Shown here: positions 1-10,917 of the stretch, one piece after another | Numbering within the stretch: the stretch's first letter is position 1 | How the letters are laid out: each line of letters starts with the position of its first letter | NCBI RefSeq assembly: GCF_000026545.1 | Contig: NC_011601.1 | Direction: 5' to 3' (one strand) | DNA from: Escherichia coli O127:H6 str. E2348/69 | GTDB taxonomy: Bacteria; Pseudomonadota; Gammaproteobacteria; Enterobacterales; Enterobacteriaceae | Length of the DNA stretch: 64,000 nucleotides | Made by a program: the position numbers and the translations under genes | Notes under the pieces: model-generated | Told to the model about the DNA's origin: nothing | Databases searched by the model: none | The model's input: only the letters and a program-made list of their open reading frames with translations

Positions 1-13
1 ACACTTTCAGCAA

Positions 14-1227
14 CTAGCTGTAATTGAGCGCCGCGCTCAAATCTTCCGCCAGTCGCGGTGCCATCGACGACAAACGGTTATGCAGCTGAGTAATATCGTC
101 ATAGTTAAACAAATCAGGAATATAGCTGCGCACAATCTTATTCACATGGGTGGCAATTACGCTGGCGCTGTCGATCACCTGATACCCCATATTCAGCGCC
201 TTCGCTTTCTGCGCGGGCTGAATCCAGGTGACCGGCATCCCGTACGCCGGGTCGTTCCCCAGCACGCCGTCTATCTCGCCGTAGGTTTCGCTGGAGGGCA
301 GGGCCATCAGTTTATCTGCCGGAATATCCGCTTCATCAGCCTTAATGCCGTTGATGAAAATGGCGTACTGGCTGGGCTTGAGGCGGAAGTTTTCCCGAAT
401 GCGGATCTCCGGCAGCAGCACGCCGTTGCCGTCAGAAATCACCTGCCGCACGCCGCGAATCCGCTGGGTGAGCGGGTTACCCTGTGCTTTGTCCACCAGC
501 GCCACCAGCTTGTAGCCGAGGCTTAAACTGATGGGCTCGATCAGCGGAATGGTTTCCCAACTGACCTGTTGCTCGCTGGTTTCGGTGATGGTTCGGGTCA
601 GCGTTTCGAGGCTTTTCTCCTCCGCCTCCGCCGCCTGCGGCTGTTTGCTCATCCGCCAGCCGGTAAAGCCAAGCAGGGCGCTGAACAGCAAAAACGGCAG
701 GTGCGGCATCCCCGGCACCACCGCCAGCACAAACATAATTCCGGTAGCGGTGTAGAGCACCGACGGGCTTGCCAGCAACTGGTGGCGCACGTCATGGGCA
801 ATATCGCCATTATCGCTGACGCGGGTGACGATAATCGCCGCTGCGGTGGAGAGCAGCAGGGAAGGGATCTGTGCCACCAGTCCGTCGCCGATGGTCATCA
901 ACACATATTGCTGGAAGGCGGCGTCGGCGCTCAGGTTGTATTTGAAGATCCCGATACAGACGCCGCCGATCAGGTTGATCGCCAGAATCATCATCCCGGC
1001 GATGGCGTCTCCGCGCACAAACTTCGATGCCCCGTCCATCGCACCGTAGAAATCGGCCTCGCTGGCAACATCTTTACGCCGGGTTTGCGCCTGCGCCTGG
1101 TTGATCAATCCGGCGTTAAGATCGGCGTCAATCGCCATCTGTTTGCCGGGCATCGCGTCCAGGGTAAAGCGGGCAGAAACCTCGGAAATACGCTCGGCCC
1201 CTTTGGTGACGACAATAAAGTTGATAG
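14..1227 (-). pseudogene. lfhA: 3' remnant of Flag-2 flagellar export gene (FlhA homolog); N-terminal ~140 codons missing
   Basis: ORF 14..1651(-) matches FlhA from the segment 'IVVTKGAERISEVSARF...GKQMAIDADLNAG...FVRGDAIAG' onward; its first ~142 residues are low-complexity and have no FlhA similarity, so homology starts near nt 1227. Confidence 0.7.
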
Positions 1228-1249
1228 TGAACAGCGTCAGTAAATCCGA

Positions 1250-1991
1250 GCGTGAAAGCATTATCGCCGCGCTGCACGGGCAGTCGATTTTCAATGGCGG
1301 CGGGCTGTCGCCGTTAAATAAAATCAGCCCGACGCATCCGCCGAAACCTGCCACCGTGGCGGTGCCGGAAGAGACGGAGAAAAAAGCGCGCGACGTCAAC
1401 GAGAAAACGGCGCTACTGAAGAAGAAGTCCGCCACTGAGCTTGGCGAGCTGGCGACCAGTATCAACACCATCGTCCGCGATGCGCATATGGAAGCCAATC
1501 TGGAGATGGAGATTGTTCCGCAGGGATTACGCGTGCTGATTAAAGATGACCAGAACCGCAATATGTTTGAACGCGGCAGCGCGAAGATTATGCCGTTCTT
1601 TAAAACGCTGCTGGTGGAACTCGCGCCGGTATTCGACTCGCTCGACAACAAAATTATTATTACCGGGCATACCGATGCGATGGCCTATAAAAGCAATATC
1701 TACAACAACTGGAACCTTTCGGGTGACCGCGCGCTTTCGGCTCGTCGGGTACTGGAAGAGGCCGGGATGCCGGAAGATAAAGTGATGCAGGTGAGCGCAA
1801 TGGCGGACCAGATGCTGCTGGACGCGAAAAATCCGCAAAGTGCGGGTAACCGGCGCATTGAGATTATGGTGCTCACCAAAAGCGCGTCCGATACGTTGTA
1901 TCAATATTTTGGTCAGCATGGGGATAAGGTGGTGCAGCCGCTGGTGAAAAAGCTGGATAAGCAGCAGGTGCTTTCGCACCGAACGCGTTAA
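1250..1991 (+). pseudogene. lafU: MotB/OmpA-like Flag-2 motor protein remnant (LafU/MbhA-like); N-terminal TM region absent
   Basis: ORF 1101..1991(+): the C-terminal part carries a MotB/OmpA-like peptidoglycan-binding region ('IIITGHTD...NWNLSGDRALSARRVL...NRRIEIMV'); the first ~50 residues are the antisense shadow of lfhA. Confidence 0.6.
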
Positions 1992-2061
1992 ATGCTGAAT
2001 CTTTACGCATTTCTCAAACTCTGAAATCACTGTATACTTTACCAGTGTTGAGAGGTGAGCA

Positions 2062-3117
2062 ATGCGTAAAATCATTCATGTGGATATGGACTGCTTTTTC
2101 GCCGCGGTGGAGATGCGCGACAATCCCGCCCTGCGCGATATCCCTATTGCTATTGGCGGCAGCCGCGAACGCCGGGGGGTGATCAGCACCGCCAATTATC
2201 CCGCGCGTAAATTTGGCGTGCGTAGCGCAATGCCAACCGGCATGGCGCTCAAACTGTGTCCGCATCTCACCTTGCTTCCAGGACGCTTTGACGCCTACAA
2301 AGAAGCGTCAAATCATATCCGCGAAATTTTCTCGCGCTATACCTCGCGCATTGAACCGTTATCACTGGATGAAGCCTATCTCGAGGTCACCGATAGTGTG
2401 CATTGCCACGGCTCCGCGACCCTCATCGCCCAGGAAATCCGCCAGACGATTTTCAACGAGCTGCAATTGACGGCATCTGCGGGCGTTGCGCCGGTAAAGT
2501 TTCTCGCCAAAATTGCTTCCGACATGAATAAACCCAACGGTCAGTTTGTGATTACTCCGGCTGAGGTTCCGGCATTTCTGCAAACCTTACCGCTGGCAAA
2601 AATTCCCGGCGTCGGCAAAGTCTCAGCGGCTAAACTGGAAGCTATGGGGCTACGAACCTGCGGTGATGTGCAAAAGTGTGATCTGGTGACTCTGCTCAAA
2701 CGTTTTGGCAAATTTGGCCGCATTTTGTGGGAGCGTAGTCAGGGCATTGACGAGCGCGATGTTAACAGCGAAAGGTTGCGAAAATCCGTCGGTGTAGAAC
2801 GTACGATGGCGGAAGATATTCATCACTGGTCTGAATGTGAAGCGATCATCGAGCGGCTTTACCCTGAACTGGAGCGTCGTTTGGCAAAGGTAAAACCTGA
2901 TTTGCTGATTGCCCGCCAGGGGGTGAAATTAAAGTTCGACGATTTTCAGCAAACTACTCAGGAGCACGTCTGGCCGCGGCTGAATAAATCTGCTCTAATC
3001 GCCACCGCGCGTAAAACCTGGGATGAACGCCGCGGCGGGCGCGGTGTGCGGCTGGTGGGGCTGCATGTGACGTTGCTTGACCCGCAAATGGAAAGACAAC
3101 TGGTGCTGGGATTATGA
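2062..3117 (+). CDS. dinB: DNA polymerase IV (Y-family translesion polymerase)
   Basis: 351 aa, N-terminus 'MRKIIHVDMDCFFAAVEMRDNPALRDIPIAIGG', typical DinB/UmuC family. Confidence 0.95.
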   Translation: MRKIIHVDMDCFFAAVEMRDNPALRDIPIAIGGSRERRGVISTANYPARKFGVRSAMPTGMALKLCPHLTLLPGRFDAYKEASNHIREIFSRYTSRIEPLSLDEAYLEVTDSVHCHGSATLIAQEIRQTIFNELQLTASAGVAPVKFLAKIASDMNKPNGQFVITPAEVPAFLQTLPLAKIPGVGKVSAAKLEAMGLRTCGDVQKCDLVTLLKRFGKFGRILWERSQGIDERDVNSERLRKSVGVERTMAEDIHHWSECEAIIERLYPELERRLAKVKPDLLIARQGVKLKFDDFQQTTQEHVWPRLNKSALIATARKTWDERRGGRGVRLVGLHVTLLDPQMERQLVLGL

Positions 3118-3566
3118 ATAACATACAAATAAGAAACTATCAGCCTGGCGATTTTCAGCAACTATGCGCTATTTTCATTAGAGCGGTTACGATGACCGCC
3201 AGTCAGCATTATTCACCACAACAAATTGCCGCCTGGGCGCAGATTGACGAATCTCGCTGGAAGGAGAAACTCGCGAAATCACAAGTGCGGGTTGCAGTTA
3301 TTAATGCACAACCGGTTGGTTTTATCTCCCGCATTGAACATTATATCGATATGTTATTTGTTGACCCTGAATACACCCTCCGTGGGGTTGCCAGCGCTTT
3401 GTTAAAACCTTTGATTAAGTCTGAATCCGAACTTACGGTGGACGCCAGCATAACCGCAAAACCCTTTTTTGAACGTTATGGTTTTCAGACAGTTAAGCAG
3501 CAGCGCGTTGAATGCCGGGGAGCGTGGTTTACTAATTTTTATATGCGATATAAACCGCAACATTAA
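3114..3566 (+). CDS. yafP: GNAT-family acetyltransferase YafP
   Basis: 150 aa ORF; its ATG overlaps the dinB stop (ATGA at 3114-3117); GNAT-like sequence. Confidence 0.8.
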   Translation: MNNIQIRNYQPGDFQQLCAIFIRAVTMTASQHYSPQQIAAWAQIDESRWKEKLAKSQVRVAVINAQPVGFISRIEHYIDMLFVDPEYTLRGVASALLKPLIKSESELTVDASITAKPFFERYGFQTVKQQRVECRGAWFTNFYMRYKPQH

Positions 3567-3744
3567 ATCCAGCTTGCAAAGAAAATAACGCCCGCCTAGT
3601 ATGTGCGCGTTTTCTTATTCCACAAACTGCAAGGAGGTAAATCATGACAAATCCTTTATCAATGACTCTTTGCAGACCTTTCCAGGATTAATTCTTTTTT
3701 TCTTGCCCTGGATTCGTCTGCCATTTCCTGATTTTTATTCATAA

Positions 3745-4896
3745 ATGGAATGGTACATGGGCAAATATATTCGTCCCTTATCTGATGCGGTACTTACCAT
3801 CGCATCTGATGACCTGTGGATCGAGAGTTCAGCGATCCAACAATTACACACCACGGCAAATTTACCCGACATGCAACGCGTAGTAGGGATGCCAGATTTA
3901 CACCCCGGACGCGGCTATCCGATTGGCGCAGCGTTCTTCTCCGTAGGCCGTTTTTACCCGGCACTGGTCGGCAATGATATCGGCTGCGGTATGGCGCTAT
4001 GGCAAACAGATATTTTCGCGCGCAAATACAACGCCGATAAGTTTGAAAAGCGATTATCAGATCTGGATGACGTTGCTGAAGAAAGCTGGCTGGAGGAAAA
4101 CCTGCCGTCAGCATTTGCACAGCATCCGTGGCGCAGCTCGCTTGGCTCCATCGGTGGCGGTAACCACTTCGCAGAACTGCAACAGATTGATCAAATTATC
4201 GACGCGGAACTGTTTGCACTGGCTGGTCTGGATGCGCAGCATCTGCAACTGCTGGTTCATAGCGGCTCGAGGGGGTTGGGGCAGTCTATTTTACAGCGGC
4301 ATATTGCCTCGTTTTCGCATCATGGTTTGCCGGAAGGCAGTGACGACGCGCTAAGTTATATTGCGGAACATGATGATGCGCTGGCGTTTGCGCGTATTAA
4401 TCGCCAGCTGATCGCTTTGCGCATAATGCAACAAGTTAAGGCCAACGGAAATTCGGTTCTGGATGTGGCGCATAACTTTGTTAGCGCATGTCGAATCGGC
4501 GATCAACAGGGCTGGTTACACCGTAAAGGGGCTACGCCGGATGACAACGGTCTGGTGATTATTCCCGGTTCACGCGGTGATTACTCCTGGCTGGTTAAGC
4601 CTGTTGCGAACGAAAAAACGCTCCACTCGCTGGCGCATGGGGCAGGGCGTAAATGGGGGCGCACCGAGTGTAAAGGGCGTCTGGCAGCGAAATACACGGC
4701 GACGCAACTCTCACGTACTGAACTTGGCAGTCGGGTAATTTGTCGCGATAAACAACTCATCTTTGAAGAAGCGCCACAAGCCTATAAATCGGCTGAAAGT
4801 GTGGTGCAATGTCTGGTGCTGGCTGGGTTAATTATTCCTGTCGCGCGACTGCGTCCGGTGCTGACGCTCAAAAACAGTGGAGGGAAAAAAGGATGA
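3745..4896 (+). CDS. rtcB2: RtcB-family RNA ligase paralog (RtcB2/YkfJ); start may be the Met at 3757
   Basis: 383 aa ORF with an RtcB-like '[10 protein letters not shown]' motif; stop overlaps the prfH start (ATGA at 4893-4896). Confidence 0.8.
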   Translation: MEWYMGKYIRPLSDAVLTIASDDLWIESSAIQQLHTTANLPDMQRVVGMPDLHPGRGYPIGAAFFSVGRFYPALVGNDIGCGMALWQTDIFARKYNADKFEKRLSDLDDVAEESWLEENLPSAFAQHPWRSSLGSIGGGNHFAELQQIDQIIDAELFALAGLDAQHLQLLVHSGSRGLGQSILQRHIASFSHHGLPEGSDDALSYIAEHDDALAFARINRQLIALRIMQQVKANGNSVLDVAHNFVSACRIGDQQGWLHRKGATPDDNGLVIIPGSRGDYSWLVKPVANEKTLHSLAHGAGRKWGRTECKGRLAAKYTATQLSRTELGSRVICRDKQLIFEEAPQAYKSAESVVQCLVLAGLIIPVARLRPVLTLKNSGGKKG

Positions 4897-5474
4897 TCTT
4901 GCTACAACTCTCCTCAGCTCAGGGGCCGGAAGAATGTTGTCTCGCAGTGAAAAAGGCACTGGACAGGCTGATTAAAGAAGCTGCCCGACAAGACGTCGCG
5001 GTAACGGTGCTGGAAACAGAAACGGGTCGCTACTCTGACACACTACGTTCGGCGCTGGTTTCACTTGATGGCGACAACGCATGGGCTCTAAGCGAAAGCT
5101 GGTGCGGCACTATTCAGTGGATTTGTCCGAGTCCGTATCGGCCTCATCATGGGCGCAAAAACTGGTTTCTGGGCATTGGGCGTTTTACCGCTGATGAGCA
5201 GGAACAATCGGATGCAATCCGTTATGAGACGCTGCGTTCGTCGGGGCCGGGCGGTCAACATGTCAATAAAACCGACTCGGCGGTACGCGCCACGCATCTG
5301 GCATCCGGTATTAGCGTGAAGGTTCAGTCAGAGCGCAGTCAGCATGCTAACAAACGGCTGGCGCGATTACTGATTGCCTGGAAGCTGGAACAACAGCAAC
5401 AGGAAAATAGCGCGGCGCTGAAATCGCAGCGGCGAATGTTCCATCACCAGATTGAACGTGGCAACCCGCGATGA
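4893..5474 (+). CDS. prfH: Peptide chain release factor homolog PrfH (GGQ domain, no codon-recognition domain)
   Basis: Start taken at '[15 protein letters not shown]' inside ORF 4809..5474; contains '[17 protein letters not shown]' (GGQ catalytic motif of class I release factors). Confidence 0.85.
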   Translation: MILLQLSSAQGPEECCLAVKKALDRLIKEAARQDVAVTVLETETGRYSDTLRSALVSLDGDNAWALSESWCGTIQWICPSPYRPHHGRKNWFLGIGRFTADEQEQSDAIRYETLRSSGPGGQHVNKTDSAVRATHLASGISVKVQSERSQHANKRLARLLIAWKLEQQQQENSAALKSQRRMFHHQIERGNPR

Positions 5475-5519
5475 ACGTTTACAGGGATGGCTTTTATCGA
5501 AGGATAATGAAGGATGAAA

Positions 5520-5551
5520 CTGCCGGAAGGCGATTAAACGCCATCCGGCAG
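5520..5551. terminator. Stem-loop between convergent prfH and pepD (likely bidirectional terminator)
   Basis: Inverted repeat CTGCCGGAAGGCG / CGCCATCCGGCAG (13 bp arms, 1 mismatch) with a 6-nt loop, located between two convergent stop codons. Confidence 0.5.
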
Positions 5552-5563
5552 CAAATCAAATAA

Positions 5564-7021
5564 TTACTTCGCCGGAATTTCTTTCAGCAGTTCAGTCAGA
5601 AGCGTCCAGTAATGACCAACGCTTTCGATATGAACTTGCTCATCCGGGGAGTGTGGACCGGTGATGGTTGGCCCGATAGACACCATGTCCATTTCCGGAT
5701 ACGGTTTTTTGAACAGACCACATTCGAGGCCCGCGTGGATAATCTGGATGTTCGGCGTTTTGTTGAACAGACGCTGATAGGTTTCACGTACCAGATGCAT
5801 TACCGGAGAGTTAGCGTCCGGCTGCCAGCCAGGATATGCGCCTTTTGCTTCTGTTTTCGCACCTGCCAGTTTACCCAGTGAATCCAGCATGCTCACTACG
5901 TAGTCTTTACCGCTGTCGATCAGAGAACGGATCAGGCAGTGAATTTCTACGTTATTGTCGGTCATGGTCACCACACCGACGTTCAGGGAGGTTTCGACCA
6001 CACCTTTTGCCACGTCGGAGTTGCGGATCACACCGTTCGGGGTGGCGTTCAGCAGACGAATAAAGGTATCGCGAGATGTCGCCGTTAATGCAGCTTTGTC
6101 GTTCGCTACGGAGTCCAGCAGCAATGCCAGATTCTTCTCTTTTTCTGCCAGTTCGTTTTTCAGGATCTCCTGATAGGTATCCACCAGAGATTTCAGGGCG
6201 TCGACTTTATCAGCTGCGACAGCAATGGTCGCAAAGGCTTCACGCGGGATGGCGTTACGCAGTGTGCCGCCGTTGAAATCAATAAGACGCAGGTCCAGTT
6301 CTTCTGCATGACCCGCCAGGAAGCGCACCAACAGTTTGTTGGCATTACCCAGGCCAACGTGGATTTCACCGCCGGAGTGACCGCCTTTCAGACCTTTTAA
6401 GGTTAACTTGAAGGTTTCAAAACCAGCTGGAACCGCTTCACGATCTAAATGCAGGTTGGAGGTGAAGTCGATACCTCCCGCACAACCCATGTAGATTTCA
6501 CCTTCTTCTTCGGAGTCGGTGTTAATCAGAATATCAGCCTGCAACCAGTTGCTCTGTAAGCCAAAAGCACCGTCCATACCGGCTTCTTCGGTCATGGTCA
6601 GCAGCACTTCCAGCGGGCCGTGAACCACGTTTTCGTCAGCCAGAACCGCCAGTGCAGAGGCCATACCAATGCCGTTATCCGCACCCAGCGTGGTGCCGCG
6701 TGCTTTAACCCATTCGCCATCAATATAAGGCTGGATAGGATCTTTGGTGAAGTCATGCACGGTGTCGTTATTTTTTTGCGGCACCATATCGAGGTGGGCC
6801 TGCAAGACGACCGGTTTACGATTTTCCATACCTGCGGTAGCAGGTTTACGAATCAGGATATTACCTACCTGATCGCGTTCGACATGGAAACCTTTCTCTT
6901 TTGCCCAACCAACAATGTATTCAGCGAGTTGCTCTTCATGATAGGACGGGTGAGGAATAGAACAGATTTTGGCAAAAATATCCCACAGCGGCTGTGGAGA
7001 TAATTGAGACAGTTCAGACAC
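5564..7021 (-). CDS. pepD: Cytosol non-specific dipeptidase (aminoacyl-histidine dipeptidase)
   Basis: 485 aa, 'MSELSQLSPQPLWDIFAKICSIPHPSYHEE', M20-family peptidase. Confidence 0.95.
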   Translation of the reverse strand: MSELSQLSPQPLWDIFAKICSIPHPSYHEEQLAEYIVGWAKEKGFHVERDQVGNILIRKPATAGMENRKPVVLQAHLDMVPQKNNDTVHDFTKDPIQPYIDGEWVKARGTTLGADNGIGMASALAVLADENVVHGPLEVLLTMTEEAGMDGAFGLQSNWLQADILINTDSEEEGEIYMGCAGGIDFTSNLHLDREAVPAGFETFKLTLKGLKGGHSGGEIHVGLGNANKLLVRFLAGHAEELDLRLIDFNGGTLRNAIPREAFATIAVAADKVDALKSLVDTYQEILKNELAEKEKNLALLLDSVANDKAALTATSRDTFIRLLNATPNGVIRNSDVAKGVVETSLNVGVVTMTDNNVEIHCLIRSLIDSGKDYVVSMLDSLGKLAGAKTEAKGAYPGWQPDANSPVMHLVRETYQRLFNKTPNIQIIHAGLECGLFKKPYPEMDMVSIGPTITGPHSPDEQVHIESVGHYWTLLTELLKEIPAK

Positions 7022-7281
7022 GTTAAGTCTCCTTGTCGATCACCCGCAAAACAGTATTGCAGGTCACAGGGTTAGCAGAAAATGTTGTCAACACAAGACA
7101 GGCTTGCGAGATATGTTTGAGAATACCACTTTATCCCGCGTCAGGGAGAGGCAGTGCGTAAAAAGACGCGGACTCATGTGAAATACTGGTTTTTAGTGCG
7201 CCAGATCTCTATAATCTCGCGCAACCTATTTTCCCCTCGAACACTTTTTAAGCCGTAGATAAACAGGCTGGGACACTTCAC

Positions 7282-7740
7282 ATGAGCGAAAAATACATCG
7301 TCACCTGGGACATGTTGCAGATCCATGCACGTAAACTCGCAAGCCGACTGATGCCTTCTGAACAATGGAAAGGCATTATTGCCGTAAGCCGTGGCGGTCT
7401 GGTACCGGGTGCGTTACTGGCGCGTGAACTGGGTATTCGTCATGTCGATACCGTTTGTATTTCCAGCTACGATCACGACAATCAGCGCGAGCTTAAAGTG
7501 CTGAAACGCGCAGAAGGCGATGGCGAAGGCTTCATCGTTATTGATGACCTGGTAGATACCGGTGGTACTGCGGTTGCGATTCGTGAAATGTATCCAAAAG
7601 CGCACTTTGTCACCATCTTCGCAAAACCGGCTGGTCGTCCGCTGGTTGATGATTATGTTGTTGATATCCCGCAAAATACCTGGATCGAACAGCCGTGGGA
7701 TATGGGCGTCGTATTCGTCCCGCCAATCTCCGGTCGCTAA
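7282..7740 (+). CDS. gpt: Xanthine-guanine phosphoribosyltransferase
   Basis: 152 aa, '[23 protein letters not shown]...[11 protein letters not shown]' PRTase motif. Confidence 0.95.
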   Translation: MSEKYIVTWDMLQIHARKLASRLMPSEQWKGIIAVSRGGLVPGALLARELGIRHVDTVCISSYDHDNQRELKVLKRAEGDGEGFIVIDDLVDTGGTAVAIREMYPKAHFVTIFAKPAGRPLVDDYVVDIPQNTWIEQPWDMGVVFVPPISGR

Positions 7741-7831
7741 TCTTTTCAACGCCTGGCACTGCCGGGCGTTGTTCTTTTTAACTTCAGGCGGGTTACAATA
7801 GTTTCCAGTAAGTATTCTGGAGGCTGCATCC

Positions 7832-9076
7832 ATGACACAGGCAAACCTGAGCGAAACCCTGTTCAAACCCCGCTTTAAACATCCTGAAACCTCGACGCTA
7901 GTCCGCCGCTTTAGTCACGGCGCACAACTGCCTGTGCAGTCGGCTCTTGATGGTAAAACCATCCCTCACTGGTATCGCATGATTAACCGTCTGATGTGGA
8001 TCTGGCGCGGCATTGACCCACGTGAAATCCTCGATGTCCAGGCGCGTATTGTGATGAGCGATGCCGAACGTACCGACGATGATTTATACGATACGGTGAT
8101 TGGCTACCGCGGCGGCAACTGGATTTATGAGTGGGCTACCCAGGCGATGGTGTGGCAACAAAAAGCCTGTGCGGAAGAAGATCCGCAACTCAGCGGTCGA
8201 CACTGGCTGCATGCGGCTACGTTGTACAACATTGCTGCCTATCCTCATCTGAAAGGAGATGACCTGGCCGAGCAAGCGCAGGCTTTGTCAAACCGCGCCT
8301 ATGAAGAGGCCGCTCAGCGTCTGCCGGGCACGATGCGACAGATGGAGTTTACCGTACCCGGCGGTGCGCCCATCACCGGCTTTTTGCATATGCCGAAAGG
8401 TGATGGCCCGTTCCCGACAGTATTAATGTGTGGTGGTCTGGATGCGATGCAGACGGACTATTACAGCCTGTATGAACGTTATTTTGCGCCGCGCGGCATT
8501 GCGATGCTGACTATTGATATGCCGTCGGTGGGCTTTTCTTCAAAATGGAAGCTCACCCAGGACTCCAGCCTGTTGCATCAGCACGTCTTAAAGGCGCTGC
8601 CTAACGTACCGTGGGTAGATCACACTCGCGTCGCGGCCTTTGGTTTCCGTTTCGGCGCTAACGTTGCCGTGCGTCTGGCATACCTTGAATCGCCGCGTCT
8701 GAAAGCGGTTGCCTGTCTTGGTCCGGTAGTTCATACCCTGTTGAGTGATTTTAAGTGCCAGCAACAGGTGCCGGAAATGTATCTTGACGTGCTGGCGAGC
8801 CGTTTGGGGATGCATGATGCTTCCGACGAAGCGTTGCGCGTGGAGCTGAATCGCTATTCATTAAAAGTGCAAGGATTGCTGGGACGTCGCTGCCCAACGC
8901 CAATGTTATCAGGCTACTGGAAGAACGATCCGTTCAGCCCGGAAGAGGACTCACGCTTAATCACCTCATCATCTGCTGACGGTAAATTGTTAGAGATCCC
9001 ATTTAACCCGGTGTATCGGAATTTTGACAAAGGTCTTCAGGAAATCACCGACTGGATCGAAAAACGATTGTGTTAA
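7832..9076 (+). CDS. frsA: Esterase FrsA (alpha/beta hydrolase)
   Basis: 414 aa, '[27 protein letters not shown]', conserved position after gpt. Confidence 0.9.
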   Translation: MTQANLSETLFKPRFKHPETSTLVRRFSHGAQLPVQSALDGKTIPHWYRMINRLMWIWRGIDPREILDVQARIVMSDAERTDDDLYDTVIGYRGGNWIYEWATQAMVWQQKACAEEDPQLSGRHWLHAATLYNIAAYPHLKGDDLAEQAQALSNRAYEEAAQRLPGTMRQMEFTVPGGAPITGFLHMPKGDGPFPTVLMCGGLDAMQTDYYSLYERYFAPRGIAMLTIDMPSVGFSSKWKLTQDSSLLHQHVLKALPNVPWVDHTRVAAFGFRFGANVAVRLAYLESPRLKAVACLGPVVHTLLSDFKCQQQVPEMYLDVLASRLGMHDASDEALRVELNRYSLKVQGLLGRRCPTPMLSGYWKNDPFSPEEDSRLITSSSADGKLLEIPFNPVYRNFDKGLQEITDWIEKRLC

Positions 9077-9535
<459 letters not shown>

Positions 9536-9573
9536 GTGAAATGTGCCGGATGCATCACATCCGGCAATATCCA

Positions 9574-10629
9574 TTAAAACTGATAGGTCATGCCAACCGC
9601 GACAATATCATCATTATTGATGTTCAGCTTATTATCGCTATCCAGTTGGTTTATTTTATAATCAACAAATGCCGACATATTTTTGTTGAAATAATACGTA
9701 GCACCAACATCGATATAATTGACCAGATCTTCATCACCGATTCCTTCAATATCTTTCCCTTTCGATAAGACATAACCCAGCGACGGACGCAGACCAAAGT
9801 CAAACTGGTATTGGGCGACCGCTTCAAAGTTCTGTGTCTTATTGGCAAAGCCGCCAGTTATTGGCGTCATTTTGCGTGTTTCAGAATAGAAAGTTGCCAG
9901 ATAAATATTATTGGCATCGTATTTCAGACCTGTTGCCCATGCTTCTGCACGCTTGCCTGTGCCACGGCTTTGCAGGTTCTGCTCGTTGGTGCGATCAGAG
10001 TTGGTATAGGCTCCACTGATGGCGAAATCGCTGCCACCAAAGTCATATGTCAATGACGTGCCGAAGCCATCACCGTTTTGCTTTTTAACGTCGCGGTTTT
10101 CGTTTTTCCCTTGATATTGCAGGGTTAAGTTCAGGCCATCGATAACGCCGAAGAAGTCGGTGTTCCGATACGTCGCCAGACCGCTGGCGCGTTTGGTCAT
10201 AAAGTTGTCGGTCTGCGCCGAGGAGTCGCCACCAAATTCCGGGAACATATCGGTCCAGGCTTCCACGTCATACAACGCGCCCAGGTTACGACCATAATCG
10301 AAAGAACCCAAATCTTTATATTTCAACCCGGCAAAAGCGAGACGCGTTTTTTGCTGTGCAGTATCACTCTCCGCTTTATTACCGGCAAACTCAGCTTCCC
10401 AACGACCATAACCAGTCAGTTGATCGTTAATTTGTGTTTCGCCTTTAAAACCAAAACGGATATAACTTTGGTCGCCATCTTTACTGTCATTATCACTCAT
10501 ATAATGCATGGCTTTAACTTTGCCATAGACATCCAGTTTATTACCGTCTTTGTTATATATTTCTGCGGCCTGTACGGATACAGATGCCACAATGCCCATC
10601 ACCACTAATGCCAGAGTGCTCTTTTTCAT
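9574..10629 (-). CDS. phoE: Outer membrane phosphoporin PhoE
   Basis: Porin sequence '[37 protein letters not shown]...MTYQF'; start taken at the third codon of ORF 9574..10635, giving 351 aa. Confidence 0.95.
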   Translation of the reverse strand: MKKSTLALVVMGIVASVSVQAAEIYNKDGNKLDVYGKVKAMHYMSDNDSKDGDQSYIRFGFKGETQINDQLTGYGRWEAEFAGNKAESDTAQQKTRLAFAGLKYKDLGSFDYGRNLGALYDVEAWTDMFPEFGGDSSAQTDNFMTKRASGLATYRNTDFFGVIDGLNLTLQYQGKNENRDVKKQNGDGFGTSLTYDFGGSDFAISGAYTNSDRTNEQNLQSRGTGKRAEAWATGLKYDANNIYLATFYSETRKMTPITGGFANKTQNFEAVAQYQFDFGLRPSLGYVLSKGKDIEGIGDEDLVNYIDVGATYYFNKNMSAFVDYKINQLDSDNKLNINNDDIVAVGMTYQF

Positions 10630-10709
10630 TTTCATTCCTGATTTTAATTAACGCGCGAATATTCAGCGGGAGAGTCCCGTTGAAAACAGGAAAGTTTTTA
10701 ACCTGAGAT

Positions 10710-10728
10710 TGTTAAAGATATATTACAG
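10710..10728 (-). promoter_or_regulatory. Pho box (PhoB site) in the phoE promoter
   Basis: Reverse complement reads CTGTAATATATCTTTAACA, a Pho-box-like direct-repeat motif ~80 bp upstream of the phoE start. Confidence 0.6.
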
Positions 10729-10917
10729 ATTAATAATATTCTTAAAATGTGGTAATTTATTAAATCTGTAATAAAAGCGTAAACAACTGCCGCTACGCTT
10801 GCTGATCCCGCGCAACAAAACGCCATGCTTTGCTTGCAGATGGTTGGCAACCGACGACAGTCCTGCTAAAACGTTCGTTTGATATCATTTTTTCCTAAAA
10901 TTGAATGGCAGAGAATC

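Noticed and set aside
569-1243. ORFs 80..526, 531..755, 569..1243, 825..1049 (+)
   Set aside because: Arg/His/Gln-rich antisense shadows inside the lfhA remnant; no protein-like features.
1228-1651. N-terminal ~142 residues of ORF 14..1651(-)
   Set aside because: No FlhA similarity and low complexity; this is read-through in the antisense of the lafU remnant, not part of a real protein.
9811-10608. ORFs 9811..10056, 9834..10019, 10351..10608 (+)
   Set aside because: Antisense to phoE; compositionally atypical.
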